Source: Monocercomonoides exilis PA203 (Eukaryota > Protista > Preaxostyla). From it: a stretch of 64,000 bases of DNA. The stretch spans positions 1,302,001 to 1,366,000 of the forward strand of contig LSRY02000014.1 in assembly GCA_001643675.2 (NCBI GenBank). The letters run 5' to 3'. The translations under genes were made by a program, and so were the position numbers. Below the pieces are notes generated by a model, which had not been told where the DNA came from, ran no database searches, and saw only the letters and a list, made by a program, of their open reading frames with translations. Positions 39,701 through 51,694 of the stretch are shown here, in pieces; the stretch's first letter is position 1; each line of letters begins with the position of its first letter.

Positions 39701-42700
39701 GCAGAGGAAGAGGTGCAGAGAGAGAAGGAGAAGAAGATGAAGGAAAGAAAGAAGAAGAAGAGCAGCGATGACTCAGATGAAGAGTCGAGTTCGGAGTCGG
39801 AATCTGAATCTGAATCTGACGAAGACAGCGATGAAAAGGGCAAGAAAGGCAAAAAGAAAGACAAAAAGGACAAGAAAGATAAGAAGGAAAAAGCGAAAGG
39901 AAAGAAGAAAGACGCTGAAGAAGCCCCAACTGCACTCGAAGAGAAACCAGATCCCGCAGGAAACAACGCACCAGCAAGTGCCGAATCCTCCATTGTGCTG
40001 CCTCCTATCCCAGGAAACGTCAACGAGTCGTCTGTCGTTCTTTCCTCGCTTTCCTCCAACAAGATGCTCGACCAAGCTCTGTCTGGCACTGTCTTCCACA
40101 CCTTCCAATCGGCACTTGCACCGATCCTCCCACCAAACTTCCCTGGTCTGATTCCATATCTCATGCGCGCACTCAGATTCGGCCCCAGACTTCTCTCTGC
40201 ACGTGGCGGGCCGTCTCTGGCTTCACTCAGCGAGACCTATTCGCCTCTTCTGATCAATGGAGCAGGCGAAAAGGGTGTGTTTGGCTCAAGCGGAGGGGCT
40301 GTGGATGCAGCAGTCTTTGGTTCAACACGCTCACCAGCTACGTCAGTTGACACAGAGAATGTACTGCTGTATCGCAATGGTGTGTGTATTGATGCACGTC
40401 AGCTGGGCGAGAGATATCTTCGCAGCATCTACCAGCCGTTCATCCACATGACCCACTTCGACCGCCGCTGCCGGAACGAGCACATTCGCGTTTCATCATC
40501 TGACTTTGTGGCTTCAGCTTCTTCAACAGCTGTGGTGAGGAATGTGATGAGGGCGTCGCCTGCACAAACTGCTATTCAGACAATTGCGCTGCTGCTTGAT
40601 CCAGAAATACCATCGACATTTGCGTTCCAGTCGAAATCGCTGCTAACAATCATAGAAGAAGATCCAAACATGAAGTTGATTGGAGCACCAGAGAAGGAGA
40701 AAGAGAAGGAAAAAGAGAAAGAGAAAGAAAAGGACAAAAAGAAAAAATCTTCGAAGAAATCTTCGAAGTCCAAGGATGAGGATGACACAGACACAGACAC
40801 TGATACCGACTCCACCAATGACTCAACTGCAGACGAATACGACAAAAACTCTCCATTTGTTGACCCCTCAACGAATGTCTGGACCCACCGCTGTGATGTC
40901 ATCCTGTGCATCATGTTCTCTCTCATCCCTGTCATCCACGCATCTCTCGTTCGCGACTATACAAACGCCATTCACAAGGAGACAGCCAGCAGAGTCGGCA
41001 CATTGCCACACCGCACAGACAGCGTTGCCTCAAGCGGCGATCCGACGACTGCTTCTGCCTCTTCTTCTTTGGCTGCCACAGCCACACACGGAAAGCGGCT
41101 GACGTCTTCTCATGCGCCAACACCTTCAACAGTGACTGCCTCCAGACTGCAAACAGAACACATGGCAGTGGTACATCCTGTGCCGTCTGCGCAACATCCA
41201 CAGGATCGTCTTCTGGCACTGTATGACGCCACTTCCATTCCACCATTCAACTCTGTCGCTTCTGTTCTGTTAGATTCAAATGCTGCATCTTCCATGGCAT
41301 CCTCAGACTCCTCTGCCTCTGCCGCAGCCCTGAGTGGCCTTCAGCTTGATCCAGAGAAGATGCTCCATCCAGGCGCATTCACCATCCCTGAGCCACGCGC
41401 CTCGCTTATCCCTGCGCACAACGCCACTGCTGCATCTATGTCTCTATCTGCATCACCTGTCCTGGCACACTCTGCCTGGGCACCTGTGTTCTCATCTCCG
41501 CTGTTCGGTGCCAGGCTTCTGACGTTTATTTCCTCAGCGTCTGCTCGTGCTGCCTCAGCCCCGTCTTCACCGTGGGCGAGAAAGACGCTGATTGCAGTGG
41601 TGCTGTCGTTCCTGTACAAGACACTTGCGATGGGCGAGAGAAGGGAAACAGCAAATGGCGGAATCGATCCAGCAGACAGAGACAAAGAGAACGAAGAAGA
41701 CTATGAAGACTTAGAAGATACTGACTTGGACATCAACTCAGACAACATGCTCCCAGACTCGATGGTGAAGAGCATCAAATGCCTCATCTCTGCTCTGCTC
41801 CTGGCAATGCACCCACACACACATCCACTGCACTTCTTGGTGTTTGCGGTCGAGGCGCTGTCATATGCAGTGGCTGATGCAGTCTCCCGTTCGAACAAAA
41901 TATCAAAGGAGCAGCTGGCAACCAGTCTGAAGCAGGCAGCGTTGGCACCATTCTCATTTGGTCTGTTTGTTGCCAAAGGAAAAGAAGAGAAAAGCTCATC
42001 AAAAGGCAAAAAGAAGAAGTCGAGTGACGATTCTGGTGACGCAGAGCTTGCTGATCCCGTTTTACAGCGCAAGACATCTGCTGCCAATGCACCGCTTCCA
42101 CCGCTCTTCTTCCTGCTTCCATTGACAATGCTGTTTGACGCCTCTCCTCTTCTCTACGGACCTTCAACTCTACTCACAGCTCGTCTTCTCCTAGCAATGC
42201 TGCCTCCTTCACTTTCAGGTTCATCGCATTTCCTGGCTGAGACACTAGCGCCAATCGCTTGCAGGGCACACATCTTTGCTGCTCCTTCACTTTCTCTCTC
42301 TCCCATTGCTGCTTCCTCGTCTTCCTTGGCCAACACATCCAGAATGTTCCCTACATCAACTCCTCTTCCACTGCCGAAGACTGGCTCTCTTGTGGCTGAT
42401 GTGTCTGTTGCTCCTTCTGTCGGCTTCTACGTGCCTGCCTCCACAAGCATACCTGCACAGAGCTCCCTGTCCTTATCAGTTGCATCACTTCCAGCACAAA
42501 CATTGAGATCTCATCTGAAAAAAGCGAGTGTGGACTTTGTGTACACGTTCTCTGAGCTACCGAATGCCACCGCGTTTACCACACCGCTGATGCAGTGTGT
42601 GGAGCTGATTGCTGACTATCTCACAACAAGCGCGTTGGATGCAGAAGATGCGAAGAAGACGAACATTGCGAAGAAATCAATGCAGACAATGCAGAAGAAA

Positions 42701-45700
42701 TCCAAAAAGGACAAAGACGGAAAGAAGAGGGCAGGAATGGATGACTCGTTCCTGCGAATTATTCTGTCGAAGATCGGCGAGATTATCAACCAGCAGACAA
42801 CAAGAACATCACTCACTGCTTTGTCGCCGTTCTTCTCACCACTGATATTCGTATCGCCATCTTCAATAACTTCTACAAACTCCATTGTATCTGCTGCTGC
42901 CACATCTTCTTCCTCATCATCATCATCATCATCAAGTATGTCTGCAGCTTCACTTGCACAGAGCATTGTTCCGTCTTCATCTGATATTCTTGTCCGTATT
43001 GTTACCCAAATGGAACGTTTATCTCAAGCTGTGTTCCTCCTTCTCAACACCACGTTCTTCACTCCTGTTCCCCTCTTCAAACACACCCCTCTCACAACCA
43101 TCTCCAAAGCACTGCCTCCGCTTTCTCAGCAAACAGTTGCGTTGTATTCAGCTCCCAGCGGAGCATCACAAAGTGCTTCGTCTTCAGCTGCTTCAGCAGC
43201 ACAACCAGTGCCTTCTTCTGCTGCTGTTGGAGCTGGCTCTATTCCTCTGCCTCCTCCTCCTCCATCTTCTTCTCAATCATCTTCATCTGTTTCTGGAAGT
43301 TCTGCAGCTGGAACCTCATCATCGTCATCATCTCAAGCTGCCCAGGCTCAATCACCTGACAGCAGCGCATCATCCACAGTTCTGCCGCTTCCGACCATCC
43401 CGACCTCGTCTTCGATGTACTACCAGCACCCGTCGTATTCCTTGGCGTCGTACCTCTTCTCGTTCCCTCCCTCCGACGGCGAGATTCGATCTGGATCTTC
43501 AGTCCCCCCACCTCTTATCGGGATGATGCCCACTGTGGAGTTCTGTGTCGTCTCCTCCTTCTTGTTCCAGACACATCTGGTGTCTGTCCCAATCTCCATC
43601 CGCATCAAAGATCAGGCAGCAGTGGCACGCGATGCCGCAGAGAAGAAGATGGCTGCCGAAGAGAAGAGAAGGAAAGAAGAAGCTCGCGCCTCAGCCAGCG
43701 GAAAGGACAAGACAGGACACAAAGCACACCATTCATCCAGTGCTACTAGCCAGTCTGCAGCTTCAGCATCGCTCATGGCGCTCTCTGCCACGCATTCATC
43801 TTCCTTCTTTGCGTCGTCTCCGTCATTCCTTCCAGGTGTCTCTGAGGAGGCGCATGCACTTTGCCAGCAGGAAGAGGCAGTGCTGTCGATGATCATGAAG
43901 ACACCACAGATCAACGAGTCAGCAGTCGAGGCTATTATGAAGAGCAGGCCAGCACATATTAGAAAGCAGCAGGCAATTATTGCTTCGCTTCTGAACAGGA
44001 AGTCAGACTTGAAACTGAGTGGAATGGGAATGGGCGCACTGAACAGCAAAACAAAGGTCAAAGAAGCAGAAAACGAAGCAGACAAACCAGAGGTGCTTGT
44101 TGAAGATGATTTGGACTTCGTTCTGGATGTGGATGCAGACGGCGCCGATGCGAAAATCACGAAGAAAGCGAAAAAGGGAAAGGGAAAGAAGAAGGCAGAT
44201 GGAGGACTGCAAGGAGGAGTGAACACGAAGTCATCGCGTGTGTCGTCGAAGAGAGACGAGCTGTTGAGGCTGGGTGTGATTCTGCAGCAGAGAACAGAGC
44301 TGCTTCGAGATGAGGTTGCAGCACAGGCTCGTTTGGCGCGTGTTATTGAAGAAGAGAAGAAGAAAGAGCTGCTGAAGAAGAAAGAGAGAGACCTCATCCT
44401 GAAGAAAGAGATGAGGCAGCTGGAGGAGTCTAAGAGGCAGTCTGTGGGAGATTTGAACAAGCTGACGAAAGAATTGAATGATTTGGTGAAGAAGCGAGAT
44501 GATCTCGAAAGGCAGGCGACGATGCTGGCGAACTTTGTGGATGTGATGATGGAAGAGATTGCACTCACACGAAGAGAAATGAATGCCAAACAGAAGCAGC
44601 TGCAGTTACTTATAGACGGAATAACAGCAGAGGACGAAGAGAGAGCGGGAAGAGCAACAAGGCTGGTTGGCAAGGAAGATAAAGAGAGAGAGAAGGAGAA
44701 GGAAAAGAAGAAGAAGAAGAAGAAAGCAAAGGAAGGAGATAAAGAGCAACTGATGAAAGGATTTGGATTGGGAGGTATTGTTGGTCGTGGCCAGAAGCAG
44801 ATTGAGGTGGAAATCAAACTGATGAAAGGATTCGCTGAAACAGTCAGAAGAACACTCCATTCGAAATACGTGGCATCGCTGGGACAGCTCTGGGAACTGG
44901 TAAGGCCGTACATAACATCCATTCCATTGCCATTTGAGTCGAACGCTGCCTCATCTGCTTCAGCATCTTCCTCCACAACACCATCGACATCTATGGCTCT
45001 GCCTTCCACGCTCCCTCAACCGTTGGCAGAGCTTCTGTCAGTTGGATTTGTCGATATCAGCAAGTTCAGTTATCCAACTCTGATGGCATCGCTTCCACTT
45101 GTCTCGCTGCTTCCTAACAGAGTGAGCGAAACCTGGTCGTTCCGTTCGAAGATCTACGTGCCTCCGCCAGCAGCGATGGCCATCCTCGACAACTTCCTGG
45201 CTGACCCACGAAGAGCGCTACCTGAGTTCACACTGTTTGTCTATCGCTACTTCGACCTTGCGCCGTGGCTGCTGTTTGTGTCGCTGGTCGACTGGATGAA
45301 CGATGAGATGGTGCTGGAGGCGATCCAGGAGGAAGAAAGAGCAAATATGGGAATTGCACCAGAAGCGACAACAAGCACTGCTGCTTTGTCAGCAGCTGCT
45401 GCCAGACTGAAAGCGCGGAAAGTGGAAGATGCGCAGAAGAGAATGAAGCAAGGAGCACAGAGAATAATACGGCAGTTCCTCAATCTATCGCCAACACCAG
45501 CAGGAAGCACGGGAACTGCCCTGTCGCAGCGCAAGTACCTAGTGCCTGGGTCGCTGGCTGCGCTGATCACCGCACTGAACGTTCCACTCCCCGCTCTTTC
45601 GATGCACTTTGCACGCAACGCCCATTTGGACTACACTCTACGTGCAGTGATTGTGCAGACGCTGCGTAGAGCTGCTGAGCTGGGCGTGTTCAACGAGACA

Positions 45701-46222
45701 GAAGCTGAAGAGACATTCACGCTTCCATATTCCACACTGCGCACGAGCAAAGCAGTCGCCGCGGCTGCTGCTGCGTCAAAGTCGCTAACACCATTTACCA
45801 CCATTCTGAGTGATTGGGAAGTACCCAATGTAGAGTACCCTGCCCTGTCTGTTCCATTGAGCCAGCTGGCCACTCTGTTTGATCCGCTGATGTTTGTTCT
45901 GTTTGAGGCGCTGAGAGGGCTTGTGCTTCCTGCGTTCATTGGAACTAAGTCGTTCAGGAAGATCATTAGAGCACGTATGGAAGAAGGCGCCTTTGGAGTG
46001 CCAGTGCATCAGAAGGCAGGGACGATCTGGGTGGAAACGAATGCATCGCTGGCAGAGAGGAAAGAGAGGAAGAAGTGGACGAAGAATGGAAGGATGATGA
46101 CAGAAGAAGAAGCAAGAGAAACAATACAGAAGTCGTCGAAGCAAAGTGCAGATGCAACTGATATTTTGTGGAATGTGGGAAAAGTGTACGATATGGACGA
46201 TATAACATTCAAGACTGATTAA
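18737..46222 (+). CDS. FRY: Giant Furry/Tao3/Mor2 (MOR2-PAG1) family scaffold with C-terminal coiled coil and RGS-like domain; ~8982 aa, 6 predicted exons
   Basis: Phase-consistent exons 18737-18823, 18887-19120, 19177-19481, 19578-19908, 20071-20190, 20351-46222. Furry-like blocks occur in colinear order: 'SLFDSLAGIIPYL', 'LHKHAPIAVTASLALQ..RASIV', 'QLLLLLQQW', 'VDGVALFLLGHASPSARAVLLRLIRQ', 'IAPWAEHADL', 'LWERLA', 'NLTLVVRFVLS', 'YLPVLL', 'FIHHIVHIL..QWA..VQVYRAL', 'FPGLIPYLMRAL'. The CDS itself is near certain; the family call rests on recalled motifs. Confidence 0.75.
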
Positions 46223-46887
46223 ACAGCGATGCATTTATTTAATATTTTTTTTTTCAGTTTATTTTAATAATTTGATAAAATAATAATTATTAACTTTTGT
46301 AATTGTGATTGTTATTGTTATTCAATTATTAAATTTAATATTTGAATTTTTTCGTTGATCCTTTTTTAGTTTATTTGTGTGTTGTTTTACGTTGAAGCTA
46401 TGAAAAAAGATATATTCTTTTGAATGTGACGTTGTTTATAATTGTTATACTTAGATTTATTTACTTGTTCAACTGTTTCATTTTGTTCAATATCTTATTA
46501 TATCATATATTCTAAAGCATTTATTCTTGTTGTGTTTGTATTCCACTTTGTTTTTATTGTTTTTTTGTTGAAATTTTCTGTCTCCCTATAAACCTAGTTC
46601 CACATCATTGTTAAACTATTTTAGTTTGTTGTTAACTTTTATTTGATTTTCTTTGACTTTTTTTTTCAAACTTTGTGTTGCTTTTATTGTCGGTTGTTCA
46701 AAAAATAAAATAAAATAAAAAAGAGAAAATTACTTTTAGGAAAATAATCCAAATATTTTATTTCATATAAACACGCAAGCTGTTTGCAACATCAGATCAA
46801 AACAGGAGAAATTAAATAAAGAGATAAAAAAAGTGTTTCTATTTTTGAAAAAAGGAAGAAGAAGAAGAAGAAATGTTTAATAACTTG

Positions 46888-48237
46888 TTACAATTCTCTG
46901 ACATCATCGTCGTCATCATCATCGTCGTCGTAGTCATCATCATCATCATCATCATCCTCGTCTTTCTTTTGATTCTTGAAGAGATCCTTTCCACTCATTG
47001 AGAAAGTCTCTGGCTTCTCGTATGGATCATACACATCTTCATATCTCTTTGTGGGCTCCCAGTTCTGCTTCACAAACGTGCGATACTCTTTCAAATCGTC
47101 TCCAATGAAGAAGTTGTCGAAAATAGACCCGCTTTTCGGCTGATAGATTTCAATCCCCACATATCTTATCTTCTTGAATGCAGCATTCCTCCTGGCCTTC
47201 TCCCAGTCTGGATTCGGAATGCGTGGAGCCTTCCATTCTCCTTTATATTCTGGGTTCTTTACCAACGGCGGCATCCAGACGCCTCTGTAGCGCGGATTGG
47301 GAATTCGTGGGGCACTCCACTCTCCGTGGAGCTTCTCTTTCCACCAGATAGGCTTCTTCGCCTTGTGGTCGACAATTGTCATCTCCTCCTCCCAGTCATC
47401 TGGCTTCTTTGCTTTCGGATCGGGAATCTCAGGCAGCTCAACCCAATCCTTTGGTTTTTTTGCATCTGGGTCAGGAAGTGTCGGACCATCAAATGCTCCA
47501 GGAAAATCAACATACATTTTCCCACTTCTTTGGACTTTGTTATCGATTCGTATTTCATAGGAAAGATCTGGGAACATGATAATAGTAAACATATGAGTAC
47601 GTGTATCTTTTTCCAAGCGAAGTGGTGTTGTGTGTTGATATTCGTTTCCATGTTTTTTAAGAATTAATTGAACACGATCAGAATGTCCTTTATCCTGATC
47701 TTGGCCAAACATAATGTAATATGGAGTTGTTCCATCAAAATCGGTTTGGTTAATGCCTTCTGGTAGTATTTTCACATAAGAACCACCGACCTGAATATCT
47801 TGCTCGTTTTTAACCATGTACGAAAATATAAATGTTTTGTTATAAGTTGAAATTGTTCTTCCAATATCAGCAGAAATTTGATAATATCCATCATCAGTTA
47901 TTGTTTTCATTCCTTTGGATCTTTCGCGATTTTGGCATTTTTTAGGTGCTTCAATTGCCCATTCTCCTTTATAATGTTTTGTCTTATTAACTGCAAGAAC
48001 CCAACGATCTTTCCATTTATCTTAAAAAACATATTTTCATAGCCAATTAATGATCACAAATTTCACATTTTTAAAGAAAGCATAAAAATACAAATGATCA
48101 ACCAATAAAAAAATAAAGATTAAAAATGATTGGAAAACAAGAAAAAGTAACTCCTTCGAACCTCCGTCAGCAAATTCTTCTTTCCAAATAATCTCAGATG
48201 AAAAAAATGATATCAAAAATAGAGAAAAAACGAGCAT
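46888..48237 (-). CDS. CALR: Calreticulin-family ER protein (divergent), 2 exons
   Basis: Signal peptide MLVFSLFLISFFSS|EIIWKEEFADG. Intron 48161-48021 (GTTCGA...TTAAG) joins in frame to DKWKDRWV. Contains 'GGSYVK', 'YYIMFG', three PDP.AKKP..W and three G.W..P.I.NP P-domain repeats, 'KSGSIFDNF', an acidic tail and C-terminal VREL. Confidence 0.93.
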
Positions 48238-48532
48238 GAGCAAAGTGAAACTTTTCGAAAAGAAACATAAAATGGTATTTTTCGATCAAAATAAAAATTG
48301 GAAGATGGACGAATTGTTCACATATTTATTAATAAAATAATAATAATAATTGAAATTGTAATTTAGCAAAAACAAGAAATCAATCAACATTGCGAATCAA
48401 TAACGTTGAAATTATTCACATCATTTTCATCAGATTAAAAAACTGACAAACAATGTGAAAATAAACCACAATATAACTGGGGAAAATTTTTTTTCGAAAC
48501 AAAGAATATAAAAAAAAGTGAACTTAATATAA

Positions 48533-48790
48533 GGGAAAATACTGACTTTCCAGCTTTTTTGGAAAAAATTTAAAATTTTTGTTTCACTCATAACTCATCA
48601 AAGCTTTCTATGATTTCGAAATAAATTGGATTTTATTATCGGATGACAGTCATCGTTAACATCATAACATAATGTTTTGTGACATCAGTTGTATTTCTGA
48701 AAATGAACTATTTTTGATTTTATTTTTTGAGCATTGAAAAAGCCAATTAAAAGTGCATGATTTTGAAAAGAAAATACCAACAATGTGTGT
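48533..48790 (-). mobile_element. MITE family A, copy 3 (degenerate)
   Basis: GGGAAAATACTGACTTTCCAGCTTTTTT...GTTTCACTCATAACT matches the reverse complement of family A; the far end is decayed. Confidence 0.65.
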
Positions 48791-49033
48791 ATATTATTTA
48801 GAAAAGTTTTTTTTGTAAAATTTTCTGTTAAAAATGAAAATTAAATATTTTTATTAAAATGTGGCCCCAACTCGCCAGATTTCACCAATAGGACATAAGT
48901 GCTTGACAATGTCAAAATTTTTATGCTGGAGAAAGTTGGTAAGTTGGGGTTAAATTTTAAAAAAAAATATTTAATTTTCATTTTCAATTGAAAATTAAAC
49001 AAAAGGAACTTTTCAAAAAAATGTACACATGTG
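48783..49033. mobile_element. Foldback element family C, copy 3 (diverged interior)
   Basis: The right arm GAAAATTAAACAAAAGGAACTTTTCAAAAAA matches copy 1. The left arm GAAAAGTTTTTTTTGTAAAATTTTC..AAATGAAAATTAAATATTTTT..CCCCAACT pairs with AGTTGGGG..AAAAATATTTAATTTTCATTTT. Confidence 0.7.
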
Positions 49034-49099
49034 ATATTTTGCCCTATATAATTAAAAAAAAAATAAATCATTTCAATTTCAAATTTTATTTATTCATAA

Positions 49100-50900
49100 T
49101 TTTTCTTCTTCCATTTTCTGTTGAGCTTTCATCAGATGATTCTTTCTCGATATCGCATTCTTTGAGATATATTTTTGAAACCTTTTCGGCTTTTTTGTGA
49201 AATTCATTGTTTCTTCGTTTTCTTCATCCGAAATGCTTTCTTTCAATTAATTCTTTTCACTATTTCTTTTCAAATAATCATCCCACTCATTCAGCACCTT
49301 TTCTTCTGTTATTTCTTTGCCATAGTTATCAAAACGATTTCGTGAGATGGAAGAGGATAAGTCGATAATTGGCGAAGCTTCATCAGGACTGGACATGATA
49401 AATCGTTCAACATACCGATGCACATGAATGCTCTTCTTATTAAAGAAGGTTATAGCTCTAAATGAATTGATTGTTGAAGAGCTTTGACCAGAATTGATCT
49501 TTTTGCAATTGAAAATGAAGATAAAGTGGATTCATAATGAAAACTCATTTCTGATTGAAGATTGCAAATACACCTCTGTCAAGAAGCTGACTGATGTGTG
49601 TGCTGTGTGGGACGAACGTTACAACATCAACATTTTCTTTTTTGAATTCTTGCCTTTTTGTTGGGTCTGCTCGAGAAATATGGGAGTCAACAAGAGGTTA
49701 TCAATGAAATTCGTCAAGTGGCATGTGTTGCCTTCTTTCTTTGATCGAATTGAGAAGAATTGTTGAAACAAATTTCTTAACTGCAAGGGTTCCACCCATC
49801 CACATCACTTCAGCCATTTCTCAAGATTTGAAGATTGAAGAGGCTTCAAATCATTAGGAAGTTTAAGACTTGCCCATTGAATCACAAAAGGAAGTTATTG
49901 ACCATCAGCTGCAACCGCTTCAATAAGTGTCGAATTCGCCATACACTCTGAAGATTTAGTAAAATCTGGTTTTGCATATGCAAAACCCCCCAACATTCTG
50001 ATTGGAACTGTCTGCAACACTGAGCGATGACTTGCCAATGTTGAAGACGATATCAATTTTGTTGTTTCAGTACTGATAAAATCAATTGAGTATATCAAAC
50101 CAGGGCTTCAGAATATTTTGAATGATACGGCAAGCCTGTTCGCTTTTGCGATTCTTGAGTTTGAAGTCTTCAACTTTGGATATCTTTTGATAAAATCGGA
50201 GCCAACGGATGCTGTAACTTTTATATCTGAAGTGGGGGAAAATACGGACTTTCAAGCTTTTTTTGCACAAGGCATTTAAAAATTGTTTCACTCATAACTT
50301 TATTTCCTTTTCTCAGATTTCAAAAAAAAAATTTGATTTTCATATCCGCAAACAGGCATCGTTGAAATCAAAACATAATGTTTTCCATCATTATTCGAAT
50401 GGAAAAAAATGGACACAATTTTATTGTGTTTTTTGAACTCAAAAAGTGAATGAAATGTTCATAATTTATCAATGAAAATGCCTGAAGTGAAATATTTTGC
50501 CCCAAGTGTTTTCTATTTTTTATCATTTTTAATATTGTTCAATCTTGTTGATATTTATTTTCACACTTATAAGAATTTTCATTCAAACAAGTTCACGAAT
50601 TTTCTTGATGGTCAGGCTGACCCCAGATAGCAATTCAGTTTTTTTATCATCTTTCAATGTTAATTCTTTTTCTCCAATTCACCCAACAGGTCTTTATATT
50701 TTTTTTTTCTCCCTCGAAAAAACAGCCTTCATGATGTATTCAATACGTAAAGTTCTATATTATTACCTGTTGTTCACATCCACCTTTCGCACATCTCCAT
50801 CATTCACAAGATGCTCCATTTGCTCCAGTGAATTTCATTATTCTGACGGATGAACGATAGCATTGCTTCACGAAATTCTTTTAATTTGCAAATGATTTTC
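49100..50900 (-). pseudogene. Decayed pogo/Fot1-like (DD35D) transposase, same subfamily as 8881-10273, interrupted by a family A MITE; boundaries approximate
   Basis: 'LVDSHISRADPTKRQEFKKENVDVVTFVPHSTHISQLLDRGVFAIF' (35-residue spacing). C-terminal 'RFDNYGKEITEE' compares with 'RFDYFGKLITDE', and N-terminal 'SGVSLTIKKIREL' with 'SGTSFNSAQMRKL'. Confidence 0.8.
50234..50503 (-). mobile_element. MITE family A, copy 4, inserted in the transposase remnant
   Basis: AAGT|GGGGGAAAATACGGAC...GAAATATTTTGCCCC|AAGT: intact 4-bp TSD. Confidence 0.9.
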
Positions 50901-51346
50901 AAGAAACTTCCTTTTTCATTGATTAATTTTGTGTTTCGATAACACAGCCAATTCATTTATTTATTATTACACCAAAATTAATAATCATCGAATTTCTTTT
51001 ATTCAACATTGAAAATCTTTAAAACAAAATTGAAAATTCTGTCATCTTTTAATTTTCAAAATATTTTCTTAATTCAGATCTTATTGGTTTATTTTATTCT
51101 CGTGAATAATCATATCAATTTGACAACATCTGTCATTCATATATCTTTTTTGATGTTTTTAATGAGTTTTATTTTGTGTAAAAGCAAGAAATAAGAACTG
51201 CGTGTTTTTTTTAATTCTTTACTTCATCTTTTAAGAAAACAACGATTACTCCCAAATTTTTTTTGAAAATCTTTGAAATTCCCATTACAACAAAAAAGAC
51301 AAAGAACAATTTCATTAATACGAAACAAAATGTTTTCACAACATTT

Positions 51347-51615
51347 GGGGCAATATATTTTGCTTCAGGCATTTTCATGGATAAATTAGACACATTTCAT
51401 TGATTGTTTTATATCAAAAAACACTTAAAAAATGTGTTCATTTTTTGACATTCGCGCAATGTTGGAAAACTTTATGTTTTGATTTCAATGATTCCTGTTA
51501 ACGGGAATGATAATCAATGATATTTTTGAAATTTGATAAAGCTAAATAAATTTATGAGCAAAGCAATTTTTCAATGCCCACTGCAAAAAAAGCTTGAAAG
51601 TCCGTATTTTCCCCC
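51347..51615 (+). mobile_element. MITE family A, copy 5
   Basis: GGGGCAATATATTTTGCTTCAGGC...GCTTGAAAGTCCGTATTTTCCCCC. Flanks ATTT/AAAA do not match. Confidence 0.85.
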
Positions 51616-51694
51616 AAAATTTTATTTATTCTTTTTTAATGAATTTTATATTCTTTATTTTTATTTTTTTTCTTCTATTTTTTATTATATATGT

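Noticed and set aside
20606-46234. Numerous overlapping minus-strand and alternate-frame ORFs (up to 465 aa)
   Set aside because: Expected stop-poor antisense frames of a GC-richer, low-complexity coding exon.
50234-51615. Composite transposon with 270-bp TIRs formed by inverted MITE A copies 4 and 5
   Set aside because: Copy 4 has its own AAGT TSD, and the outer flanks (AAGT vs AAAA) do not match; independent insertions are simpler.
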